Of a stretch of DNA of 64,000 bases, positions 19,521 through 28,509 are shown piece by piece. Position 1 is the first letter of the stretch; each line of letters begins with the position of its first letter. The stretch comes from Leptospiraceae bacterium (lineage in GTDB: Bacteria; Spirochaetota; Leptospiria; Leptospirales; Leptospiraceae), in NCBI GenBank assembly GCA_024233835.1, contig JACKPC010000001.1, forward strand, positions 1,541,442 through 1,605,441. Reading direction: 5' to 3'. The notes under the pieces are model-generated. The model ran no database searches. It was not told where the DNA came from and was given only the letters and a program-made list of their open reading frames with translations. A program made the position numbers and the translations under genes.

Positions 19521-19665
19521 TTTTTTCAGAATAATCTACAAATTTAGTTTAGGATTTTAAAAAGACAAGAGTTTTACAGTCATAAATGTGAAAAAATTAT
19601 GAAATAGGGACTTTATACATATTTCGGATAAACATCCACAGTTTTCGTTCCGCATTTCACTGATA
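19521..19665. repeat. copy B (upstream region of ORF 19048-19509) of the ~150-bp repeat
   Basis: Homologous to 17968-18115 and partially to 18183-18243. Confidence 0.7.
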
Positions 19666-19688
19666 TACAACCCCTATATAAGCGATAT

Positions 19689-19804
19689 ACAGTCCATATC
19701 ATAGTAATGAAACAGTCCGTATCATAGTAATAGAACAGTTCGTATTATAGTAATGAAACGGTTCGTATTATAGTAATGAAACGGTCTGTATCATAGTAAT
19801 AATA
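19689..19804. repeat. tandem array, 5 copies of a 23-24-bp unit (consensus ACAGTYCGTATCATAGTAATGAA) plus a degenerate sixth
   Basis: Seen directly: units at 19689-19711, 19712-19735, 19736-19758, 19759-19781, 19782-19804. Confidence 0.8.
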
Positions 19805-19995
19805 CGTCCCTATTTCAGTGATATTCTGTAGTAAGCAGCTCAGTTTATACTTCGATTTTTCTCATCACGAGCACCGGAAGTTAAGAGAAAGTGTTAATAC
19901 GAGTGAGTTTACTGATGTTACCCAAAAAGCGCTTGTTAAGAAAGCTCATTCTATACGAATGAGCGATTTACAGCAGATGATTATGCCAAACTGCA

Positions 19996-21201
19996 TCAAG
20001 AAGCTACTTTGAGTTTTCGGGAAATGAATATGCAAATCACTGTAGCGCAACAGGCCATGATTCCGACTTTCGGATAATTCAAAAGCTCCTTATTACTGGA
20101 TTCAACAAGAATCATACCGGAAATTAAAGAGGCAAGGCCGGCTGAAACCTGTTGAATAGACGAATTTACGCTCATAAAACCACCCCTATTTTCCGGGTGG
20201 ACGGATGAGGTTATCATGGCCATAGCCGGAATGAAACGGCCGGAAACAAGGATAAAGAAAAGGGTAGTAGCCAGCAGAACATAAAGAATTTCGAGCTTCG
20301 GCAGGTTCGTAACAATTATAATCGGAACCATAGAAAGGCCTGCTATTGTCATGAACACCGGTTGCTTGCCAAATTTATCAGCGAGAGAGCCTATTATACG
20401 GGCAGTAAAAAAGGTAGCTCCTCCACCGAAAAGATAAACATAGGCAAGCTGTTTTTCACTCAGTCCTACATTGGAAACGAGATAGGGTGCAATAAAAGGT
20501 ATTACCGAAAAACCGGCAAACATAAGGGTCATAATCAGGCTAAAAGACCATAGGTGGTTAGGATTACGAAAAATCGCCAGAAGAGCCTTAAAGGGATTAT
20601 GTGGATTTTTAGGTTTTCTTGTGAGGTGTTCTCGAACCGGAGGGTGTAAAAAATGGGAGAAAAGAATAATAATTGTGCTTATAGCAGCAAGAGAATAGAA
20701 AGGCATTCTCCAGGTAAAGAGGGTAGCGAGGTAAAGTCCTATGGGTACCCCGGCTACAGAAGCTACAGAAAAGGCAGACATAATGGTACCGGTGGCTTTT
20801 CCTCTTCTTTCATAAGGAATCAAATCTCCTACTATGGAGAAAATCGTCGCTCCTAAAACTCCGCCGAAAGCTCCTGCCAGGGTTCTGGCTAAGAGAAGAG
20901 TTTCATAGGAAGGAGCGAAGCCGCAGGATAGAGTTCCGATAATAAAACCGAGGTAAGAAGTGTTCAAACTGGCTTTTCTATCAAATTTATCAATAAAGAG
21001 AGCACTTACAAGACCTGCAAAACCTGCACTAAAGGTATAGGAAGAAACTATCAGGCCGAACTGTCTGGGATTAATAGAGAAAAACTTCATCAACTGGGGC
21101 CCTAAGGGCATGATGATTACGAAATCCAGAATATGGGTAAACTGTATACAGGCCAGTAGAGCTAAAAGCTGCCATTCTTTGATTTTTAATTTTGGTTTCA
21201 T
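19996..21201 (-). CDS. MFS transporter
   Basis: 401 aa, about 12 TM segments, MFS-like loop motif DKFDRK after TM2. Confidence 0.85.
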   Translation of the reverse strand: MKPKLKIKEWQLLALLACIQFTHILDFVIIMPLGPQLMKFFSINPRQFGLIVSSYTFSAGFAGLVSALFIDKFDRKASLNTSYLGFIIGTLSCGFAPSYETLLLARTLAGAFGGVLGATIFSIVGDLIPYERRGKATGTIMSAFSVASVAGVPIGLYLATLFTWRMPFYSLAAISTIIILFSHFLHPPVREHLTRKPKNPHNPFKALLAIFRNPNHLWSFSLIMTLMFAGFSVIPFIAPYLVSNVGLSEKQLAYVYLFGGGATFFTARIIGSLADKFGKQPVFMTIAGLSMVPIIIVTNLPKLEILYVLLATTLFFILVSGRFIPAMAMITSSVHPENRGGFMSVNSSIQQVSAGLASLISGMILVESSNKELLNYPKVGIMACCATVICIFISRKLKVAS

Positions 21202-21204
21202 AAA

Positions 21205-21483
21205 CTAAAAGAGAATATCCTCGTCATCTGCCAGGCCTTTTTTTGGTTTTTCTTTACGGGCCGGCTCTTTTTTTAACTTTCCTTCCGGACTTTTCGAGAG
21301 CATCTCAATTTTTCCTTCGGCTTCCTTTAAAAGTTCTGTGCAGGTATGTTTTAATTCCATTCCTCTTTCATAAGCTTTTATGGAATCTTCCAGACTCAAC
21401 TGTCCTCTTTCTAATTTTTCCGTAATATCTTCCAGTTCTTTTATGGCATCCTCAAAGGATATTTTTTCTGTTTTCTTAGTCAT
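21205..21483 (-). CDS. xseB: exodeoxyribonuclease VII small subunit
   Basis: 92 aa. FEDAIKELEDITEKLERGQLSLEDSIKAYERG is the XseB consensus. Overlaps xseA. Confidence 0.85.
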   Translation of the reverse strand: MTKKTEKISFEDAIKELEDITEKLERGQLSLEDSIKAYERGMELKHTCTELLKEAEGKIEMLSKSPEGKLKKEPARKEKPKKGLADDEDILF

Positions 21484-22750
21484 TACGTATCTCCTTTACT
21501 TCGACTTCGAGTCTTCCTTTTGAAAGAATGATTTCGAGACTTTCTCCACTTTTTACTTCCCGAATATCTTTAATTACCTGTTTATTATGATTTCGTAAAA
21601 CGGAATATCCCCGTTTGAGTGTGGAAAGGGGAGAAAAGCTTTCCAGCCTGCCCTCGATTACGGCAAAAGACTTTCCTGCTTTTTCGAGTTTTGCTTTCAT
21701 ATAGAGAGGAAGTCGGTCATAATTTTGCAGGGCATTTTTTTTCAAGGAAAGATAGTTTTTTCCTATATAACCGAGACGCTCCATCATTTCGTCGAGTTTT
21801 TGCATCTTCTCGTGTAATAGAGTTTTGGGTTCTTCAAAAAACCTGCGTCTGGACAAAGATTGTAATTTTTCTTTTCCATATTGAAGCCTTGTATTTAAAG
21901 ATCGTGAGAGTTTCTCCTCTATTTCTGAAAAATAGTCTTCGTATTCTTCCATTTCCGGCACGGCCAGTTTGGCTGCTGCTGTAGGTGTTGGAGCGTAGTT
22001 ATCGGCAGCAAAGTCGCTTAGTAGAGAGTCAACCTGGTGACCTACTGCGGAGATAATCGGAACCCTCGAATGATAAAAAGCCATCACTACCTTTTCTTCG
22101 TTAAAAGCCATGAGGTCTTCAAAACTTCCTCCGCCCCTACCGGCGATGATTACATCTACCTCGAATTCAGGCTGGTTCAAAGCTTCAATAGCCCGGATAA
22201 TCGAATCGGGAGCCTGTGGTCCCTGTACCTGACAGGGTGCAATGAGAATATTAATATTCGGGTAACGTTCTTTGGCAATCCGGAGGATGTCTTCTAAAGC
22301 TGCTCCATAGCCCGAAGTAGCAATTCCGAGAGTGCGGGGAAGCCTCGGTACGGGTCGTTTTCTTTCGGGGTTAAAAATTCCTTTTTGCTCTAATTCCTTT
22401 TTAAGTTTTTCAATTTTAAGAAGAATTTCTCCCCGGCCTATTTCTTCTAATTGGTTGACATTGATATTATAACTACCACCGGCTTCATAAACGGAAAGAT
22501 TTCCATATACCTGTACTTCCATTCCATCTTTTAGAGGCCTTCCCTTGTAGGAACGAAAGGCATAAGAAAAAAAAGTGCAACGAATAATACTGGAGCTATC
22601 CTTCAAAGAAAAATACTTATGACCGGTACCGGAACTGGAGTAATTGGAAATTTCTCCCCGCACCCAGATATTTTTGAACTCCGGGTTTGCATTCAGGGTA
22701 TCTTTGACATTGCGATTGATTTCCGAAACGGTATAAATTTTCTTATCCAA
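21476..22750 (-). CDS. xseA: exodeoxyribonuclease VII large subunit
   Basis: N-terminal OB-fold (YTVSEINRNVKDTL…IWVRGEISNY) and catalytic core typical of XseA. 424 aa. Confidence 0.9.
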   Translation of the reverse strand: MDKKIYTVSEINRNVKDTLNANPEFKNIWVRGEISNYSSSGTGHKYFSLKDSSSIIRCTFFSYAFRSYKGRPLKDGMEVQVYGNLSVYEAGGSYNINVNQLEEIGRGEILLKIEKLKKELEQKGIFNPERKRPVPRLPRTLGIATSGYGAALEDILRIAKERYPNINILIAPCQVQGPQAPDSIIRAIEALNQPEFEVDVIIAGRGGGSFEDLMAFNEEKVVMAFYHSRVPIISAVGHQVDSLLSDFAADNYAPTPTAAAKLAVPEMEEYEDYFSEIEEKLSRSLNTRLQYGKEKLQSLSRRRFFEEPKTLLHEKMQKLDEMMERLGYIGKNYLSLKKNALQNYDRLPLYMKAKLEKAGKSFAVIEGRLESFSPLSTLKRGYSVLRNHNKQVIKDIREVKSGESLEIILSKGRLEVEVKEIRND

Positions 22751-22752
22751 GT

Positions 22753-23910
22753 TTAAGCTTCCTTTTTAAAACCAATAAGTCGCAAAATTTCTCTTGTGGA
22801 ATGAGTAATTTTATAACTCAACCAGAAATCCCAGAGAATGACAATCAGGGTCACAGCAGCAGGGCCGAGTATAACACCTAAAATCCCGAATTCTTTTAAA
22901 CCACCCAGTAAGGCTAAAAACAGAAGGAATGGGTGTATCTTGAGTTTCTTGTCAAGTATACTGGGTTTTAAGAGGTTTTCAAATATAAGATAGAAACTAA
23001 AAGATAGACTCATCAGGATTAGAGCCGAAACCCAGTTGTTCTCAAAAATACCCAGATAAAGCCCGGCAGGAAGCCAGACAACCATGGTTCCGACAATCGG
23101 GATTAAAGAGAATATGGCAGCTATACTCCCGTAAAGAACGGGAGAAGGAATTCCTAAAAAGAAGAGAATTAGACCTACTGCGAGACCCTGCAAGAAGGAA
23201 ATAAAGAGATTACCTTTCACAATGGTTTTTAAAGCATCGGCGATTCGAATTCCAATTTTATCTTTGATTTCTTCCGAAAAAGGAAGGATGGAGAGAAGAA
23301 AGCTTTCCAGTTTATACCCATCCTTATAAAAGAAGAAAATAAGCAGAAAACCAAAGAAAAAGTTGATGAGAATCCCTACCGGTAAACGAATTCCACCTAA
23401 AATCAGGGTAGCGGCATTACTTACGATTCCATAGATACTGTCAATATTGAGAATATCTCCATAAGAACCTACAATATCTCTATAGATGGCCGGGAATTGT
23501 ATCCAGAAAAATTCCGTATCGGTAACAAGGTCTGTAAAAAAAGGAGTATTTAAAAGGCGAAGGAGTATCTTATCTTCGCTCAGATTGACTTTCAAAATGA
23601 ACAGGAAACCTAAAAACTCACTGACCAGGGTTCTCAGAATAAAAAAGGAGGGGACTACGATAATTACTAAAACCAGTATTATCATAAGCCAGGGTGCTAA
23701 GGGTTTAAAACGAAGACCTAACCTGCGTTTTAGGCGCATGTAATAGTCTCTTGAAGCCATATAAAAAATTAAGGCAATAAAGGAAGTCCAGAAGAACGAG
23801 CGATATACAAAAAACACCAGGATTGATGTAAGAATAAAAAGGCCTAAGAGAATAAAACCCAGAAGGTAGTCTTCTTTTTTTTGTTCTATAGGTGTTTCTA
23901 TTTCGCTCAT
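22753..23910 (-). CDS. AI-2E family (PerM/UPF0118) transporter
   Basis: 385 aa polytopic membrane protein with AI-2E-like topology and C-terminal amphipathic tail. Confidence 0.65.
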   Translation of the reverse strand: MSEIETPIEQKKEDYLLGFILLGLFILTSILVFFVYRSFFWTSFIALIFYMASRDYYMRLKRRLGLRFKPLAPWLMIILVLVIIVVPSFFILRTLVSEFLGFLFILKVNLSEDKILLRLLNTPFFTDLVTDTEFFWIQFPAIYRDIVGSYGDILNIDSIYGIVSNAATLILGGIRLPVGILINFFFGFLLIFFFYKDGYKLESFLLSILPFSEEIKDKIGIRIADALKTIVKGNLFISFLQGLAVGLILFFLGIPSPVLYGSIAAIFSLIPIVGTMVVWLPAGLYLGIFENNWVSALILMSLSFSFYLIFENLLKPSILDKKLKIHPFLLFLALLGGLKEFGILGVILGPAAVTLIVILWDFWLSYKITHSTREILRLIGFKKEA

Positions 23911-23919
23911 ATACCCGGC

Positions 23920-24420
23920 TTAGAACTGGTTCTTGTAAAATAGAAAAACAAATCGAGAATTTTGTTGCTCTGAAATCTGGATAGTAATGATTCGACGACT
24001 TAAGGTCTCCAGAAGAATGATATGGGAATTTTCTTTCTTCTCTTTTTGTAAAACTCGAAGTTCTTTTTCTTTAGAAAGGGTTTCATAAAAAAGCAGTAAA
24101 TCATCTATCCCCAGAGATGTCCTGTAAGCAAAACTAATTTCTGCATCCGGATAAAAACTTCCCCGGTAACGTGTGGAATAGACGTATTCCGCAGAACGGG
24201 GTATGTAACCCCTGGCAAAAAAATCGGGAATTCGACTGGGATTCTTAAAAATAGTCAGTCTATCAAAAAGAAGGATTTCCTCCTCCTGGTTTGGAACGGG
24301 CGTATCACTCAATTCTTCGGGAAGTTTTGCAGAGGGAATACTGGTTTTATTACCGGGAACTGCTAAAAGCCCGGCAAGACCGAAAAATAGAATAAAAATC
24401 CAATTATAACGCATAAACAT
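23920..24420 (-). CDS. hypothetical secreted protein (signal peptide)
   Basis: N-terminal hydrophobic signal (…FGLAGLLAVPG). Confidence 0.4.
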   Translation of the reverse strand: MFMRYNWIFILFFGLAGLLAVPGNKTSIPSAKLPEELSDTPVPNQEEEILLFDRLTIFKNPSRIPDFFARGYIPRSAEYVYSTRYRGSFYPDAEISFAYRTSLGIDDLLLFYETLSKEKELRVLQKEKKENSHIILLETLSRRIITIQISEQQNSRFVFLFYKNQF

Positions 24421-24622
24421 ATTAGGTTAGCATTGCAATAGGCATAAAGATGTAAAGCGTAATTCAGGTAAATCCAAACACTGAGCTGAAGGGCTTGTTC
24501 TTAGTGAAGTCAGAGTATAAGCCGGCTATAGGTTTTTTAAGCATATACTAAACTACTGATTATTTTTCTTAAAAACTAAAGATTTTTTCCCATCCTTCGA
24601 TGATTGTCCTGTAGGGGTACGT

Positions 24623-26284
24623 ATGATTATTTCTGATGAGCAATCCCAATCCGGTATTATGAGCTTTTTTGGTTCCAAACCAGTGGAAAGAAAGCTTCCT
24701 GATGATACAGGCTCGGTAAATTTCATTGAACTTTTAAAACAAAAGGGTAAAGAAGAAGTGGAGCCCTTTCCTTCTCCTGCACCTGAGGCTGAAAAAGTTT
24801 CCGAACCAAAGAGTTTCGGACTTTTAGAAACTATCGACAACCGTTTTGCTCCTGTACAAAGGGAAGAAAGTCCCGAGTCGAGTTCTAAAGCCTTTCAACC
24901 TGTAGAAAATAAACCAATAAAAGAAGAAACATCTTCCTTCCGGGCTTTACAGAGAGAAGACAAACCCCTGAAACTAGAGAGAAAGCCGGACACCGTTTCC
25001 GAGAAAAATACGAATTCCGAAAAGGAAATCGAAAGAAAGGTAGTTTCAAAAGAAACAGAACCTGTCCGTAAGGAAGGGCTTGAAAAGTCGGAAAACACGG
25101 TTTCGGAAGAAAAAGTTGAAAATAGGGTTTCCGAAAAGGAAGTTCGGACGGACACGAAAAAAGCGGTAAACGAGTATGAAAAGAATACCGCGAAGGGTAA
25201 AGCTCCGGAAAAGAAAGCAAAGGCTGAAGATTCTAAACCTTCAAATGAATCCGTATTTGCATTTATAGAACCCCAGGAAAAAAAGTCCAATAAAGAATCT
25301 AAAAAACTGGAAACTTCGGACCTTAAGTCCGGCATGAAGGTTAAAGAAGGAAAAGTTTCGGAAGAGCTGAAAAAAGCAGAGAAATTAGAAAATCTCGATT
25401 CCGAAAACCTGAAAACCGAGAAAAAGCAGGAAGTAAAGCTGGATAAGCTCAGCCTGAAAGCCATTATAGAAGAAAATAAGGGGCAGGGAGAAGAAAAAGT
25501 TTCCAGACTCTCCGAAAAGAATGAAGTTTCCGAAAAAGGGAAAGGTCATTCCGAAAAAATAGAAAATAATCGTTTTACTTTTAGTTTTGAAACCGGCAGG
25601 CAGCCGGAAACGAATCAAAAACAGGAAGGTAAGCTGCAACAGCAAAGAAACGCCTCCGCTACCGAGACTACTAAACTTTCGGATGCTTTTCTTCAGAAAG
25701 CGAGTTCTTCACAAACCGGAACCGGTTCTGAAAATGGAAATCAGTCCCGCTCGGAGGATTTTCTAACGAATCTGAATCAAACCTTTAACCGAATTACGAA
25801 AGATTCGGCGAATCCTGAGGTTCAGACCGAAAAATTTGTGAGCAGAGAAGCTTTTAAAAACTCTCTTTCTGAACTGGTGCAAAAAGCGAGGGTGAATATT
25901 GTAGAAAATGGCAGAAATTCTGCCCAGATTTCTCTCTATCCCCGTGAACTGGGTAAAATGACCCTGAATATCAGTGTTTTACAGGATAAGGTAGAAGGAA
26001 GGGTTTTAGTTGAATCAGAAGCTATTAAAAATATTTTATTATCCGAAATCAATGGTTTGAAAACCGATTTGAAACTGGCGGGTTTAAATTTGGAAAACAT
26101 CCAGATCGATGTTCGTCAGGAAGGAGATTTTCTATCTGAATACGCCGAAAACCGCGAGAGAAGTGATGAGGGAGAAAAATCACAATCTTCCGGTAAGGCA
26201 ACAAAAGAAGAGGATTTTATCGATGAGGTTGAGGATGCGGGCTATGAGCCTGAGTCTAAGCGCGTACTGGATATAAAGGTGTAA
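24623..26284 (+). CDS. fliK: flagellar hook-length control protein FliK (long low-complexity E/K/S-rich N-terminus, conserved C-terminal FliK domain)
   Basis: C-terminal [37 protein letters not shown] matches the FliK C-domain (Flg_hook). Immediately upstream of flgD-flgE. Confidence 0.75.
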   Translation: MIISDEQSQSGIMSFFGSKPVERKLPDDTGSVNFIELLKQKGKEEVEPFPSPAPEAEKVSEPKSFGLLETIDNRFAPVQREESPESSSKAFQPVENKPIKEETSSFRALQREDKPLKLERKPDTVSEKNTNSEKEIERKVVSKETEPVRKEGLEKSENTVSEEKVENRVSEKEVRTDTKKAVNEYEKNTAKGKAPEKKAKAEDSKPSNESVFAFIEPQEKKSNKESKKLETSDLKSGMKVKEGKVSEELKKAEKLENLDSENLKTEKKQEVKLDKLSLKAIIEENKGQGEEKVSRLSEKNEVSEKGKGHSEKIENNRFTFSFETGRQPETNQKQEGKLQQQRNASATETTKLSDAFLQKASSSQTGTGSENGNQSRSEDFLTNLNQTFNRITKDSANPEVQTEKFVSREAFKNSLSELVQKARVNIVENGRNSAQISLYPRELGKMTLNISVLQDKVEGRVLVESEAIKNILLSEINGLKTDLKLAGLNLENIQIDVRQEGDFLSEYAENRERSDEGEKSQSSGKATKEEDFIDEVEDAGYEPESKRVLDIKV

Positions 26285-26286
26285 AT

Positions 26287-26979
26287 ATGCCGGCTCCTAT
26301 AGAATCATCAAAGGCAATTAAAGAGCGTTATCTGAACTCAGATAAAAAGGTCAATATCAAAGACCATCTGAATCAGATGGAAAAAGAAGAAAAATCCGGC
26401 TTAAAGGGAATTGATGTTCACATAAGTCCCAAGCAGCTCGGAAAGGATGATTTTTTAAAACTTTTGATTACTCAACTTTCCAAGCAGGATCCTACAAATC
26501 CGGTAAAAGACCAGGACTTCATTGCCCAGATGGCCCAGTTTTCCAGTCTTGAGCAGATGAAAAATATTTCAGCTGGAATCCAGAAGTTGGAAGCCAAGCA
26601 GGCTTATAACCTTGTCGGAAAATTTGTTTCCGGACCGGACTATGTGAGCGGAGAACCGCTTTCCGGAGTAGCTCATGCGGTTTTTTATGATGGAGAGGGC
26701 AAGGCTTTTGTGCGGGTAAATGGAAGAACCATGGAAACCGATAAAATTCAGTTTATTTCAGACCCGGCGATTATGAAACAGGCTGAAGAAGCAGCTAAAG
26801 CTATGGAAAATAAAGCTCCCCAGTTTGAATCTCCCCAAACTTTCAAAAAACAGGAAGAAAAAAATGTAAATTCCCTTACGGAAGAAGCGAAATCGAACGA
26901 TACTACTAAAGAGCAAAGGGAAAATGAATGGAAGTATCCCGGTGTTCGCGGTAAAAATCAGGAATCATATACAAAATAA
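26287..26979 (+). CDS. flgD: flagellar hook capping/assembly protein FlgD
   Basis: [22 protein letters not shown]…[14 protein letters not shown] is the FlgD N-domain consensus. Confidence 0.85.
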   Translation: MPAPIESSKAIKERYLNSDKKVNIKDHLNQMEKEEKSGLKGIDVHISPKQLGKDDFLKLLITQLSKQDPTNPVKDQDFIAQMAQFSSLEQMKNISAGIQKLEAKQAYNLVGKFVSGPDYVSGEPLSGVAHAVFYDGEGKAFVRVNGRTMETDKIQFISDPAIMKQAEEAAKAMENKAPQFESPQTFKKQEEKNVNSLTEEAKSNDTTKEQRENEWKYPGVRGKNQESYTK

Positions 26980-27006
26980 ATAGATGAATATTGAGGTAAT
27001 TGCCAT

Positions 27007-28401
27007 ATGATGCGTTCACTATACTCCGGTGTATCCGGCTTGAAAAATCACCAGGTCAGGATGGACGTGATCGGAAATAACATCTCCAATGTTAATACTC
27101 ACGGTTTTAAAGCAGAAAGGGTAACCTTTCAGGACATGATCTCACAGGAGCTTTCTGCTGCATCCGAACCCAAAGAAAATATTGGGGGGATTAACCCCAA
27201 GCAGGTAGGACTGGGAGCCCTTATTGCAAGTATTGATAAGATTATGAACCAGGGTTCTTTACAATCTACCGGTAAGAATACAGATGTGTCTATCGTAGGC
27301 GAAGGTTTCTTCGTATTGAAAGAAGGTGATAAGCAGTTCTACACCCGTGCTGGAGCCTTTAATGTAGACAAGAATGGTTCTTATGTAAACCCGGCTAATG
27401 GCATGAAAGTTCAGGGTTGGAATGCAAGAGTGGATGAAAACGGGAATAAATACATCAACTCATCTGCTACTATAGAAGATATTACAATTCCCATATATTC
27501 TAAAGAACCGGCAAAAGCTACTTCGGAAGTAACTTATCAATCGAATCTCAATTCGGCTGCATTAGCTGTTCCTCAGGATGCAACTCCGGAAGAAATTGAT
27601 AAATACATCAACGAACCCGATCCGAATAAACGCAGAGGCCATGTAACTACAATTAAAGTTTTCGATGATCAGGGTATTGAAAGGGAACTCAGACTTGAAC
27701 TCTACAAAACCAAGGAGAATACCTGGAGAGCCCGTACCAGTCTTTCTGATGCGACTCAGGTTTCGGTTGACGTGGAAAGTGCCGGTGGTGCAAATACAAA
27801 GCAACCGGAGAATACCGAATTTGAACTGAGTTTTACTCCCGATGGAAGACTTACTGCTGTTTCCGATGGGGTAGATTCTCAAACCAGGGGAGACCTCAAA
27901 GTAAACGTAACTTACAGAGTGCCCGGAAATCCAAGTCCTCAGAATTTTTCTTTGAACCTCGGAGAAGCCAACAAAATCAATGGGGTTACACAATTTTCTG
28001 CTGATTTTACAACCAAGGCAATCAAGCAGGATGGTTATCCCATGGGTTATATGGAAGCCTTTTCTATCGATAATTCAGGAACGATTATTGGGGTTTTCTC
28101 CAATGGTGTACAGCAACCCCTGGCTAAAATGGCGATGGCGATTTTTACCAACCCTGCCGGTTTGAATAAAGCTGGTGATACAAATTACACGTATTCTATC
28201 AACTCAGGTGAAGCCAATATCGGAGTATCCGGTATCGCGGGAAGAGGAAAGATCAATGCAGGACTTTTAGAAATGTCGAATGTAGATCTTTCGGATCAGT
28301 TCACTGATATGATAGTAACCCAGAGAGGTTTTCAGGCTAACTCGAGAACCATTGTTACTTCTGACCAGATGATCCAGGAAGTTTTAGGACTTAAACGGTA
28401 A
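27007..28401 (+). CDS. flgE: flagellar hook protein FlgE
   Basis: [36 protein letters not shown]-terminus and the C-terminal [28 protein letters not shown] rod/hook motif. Confidence 0.95.
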   Translation: MMRSLYSGVSGLKNHQVRMDVIGNNISNVNTHGFKAERVTFQDMISQELSAASEPKENIGGINPKQVGLGALIASIDKIMNQGSLQSTGKNTDVSIVGEGFFVLKEGDKQFYTRAGAFNVDKNGSYVNPANGMKVQGWNARVDENGNKYINSSATIEDITIPIYSKEPAKATSEVTYQSNLNSAALAVPQDATPEEIDKYINEPDPNKRRGHVTTIKVFDDQGIERELRLELYKTKENTWRARTSLSDATQVSVDVESAGGANTKQPENTEFELSFTPDGRLTAVSDGVDSQTRGDLKVNVTYRVPGNPSPQNFSLNLGEANKINGVTQFSADFTTKAIKQDGYPMGYMEAFSIDNSGTIIGVFSNGVQQPLAKMAMAIFTNPAGLNKAGDTNYTYSINSGEANIGVSGIAGRGKINAGLLEMSNVDLSDQFTDMIVTQRGFQANSRTIVTSDQMIQEVLGLKR

Positions 28402-28430
28402 TTAACTCAAACTTAATCTCAATCTCTCTA

Positions 28431-28457
28431 AAGCCGGTCTCTGACCGGCTTTTTTTG
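28431..28457 (+). terminator. rho-independent terminator after flgE
   Basis: Hairpin AAGCCGGTC-TCTG-ACCGGCTT followed by TTTTTTGTTTT. Confidence 0.6.
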
Positions 28458-28509
28458 TTTTCTCTATTCGCATTTATAAAATATAGTTCTATATAAATAC
28501 TTCCAGAGT

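Noticed and set aside
24553-25645. Antisense ORFs (95-189 aa) overlapping fliK start and N-terminus
   Set aside because: They arise from low-complexity repeats on the opposite strand of a well-supported fliK.
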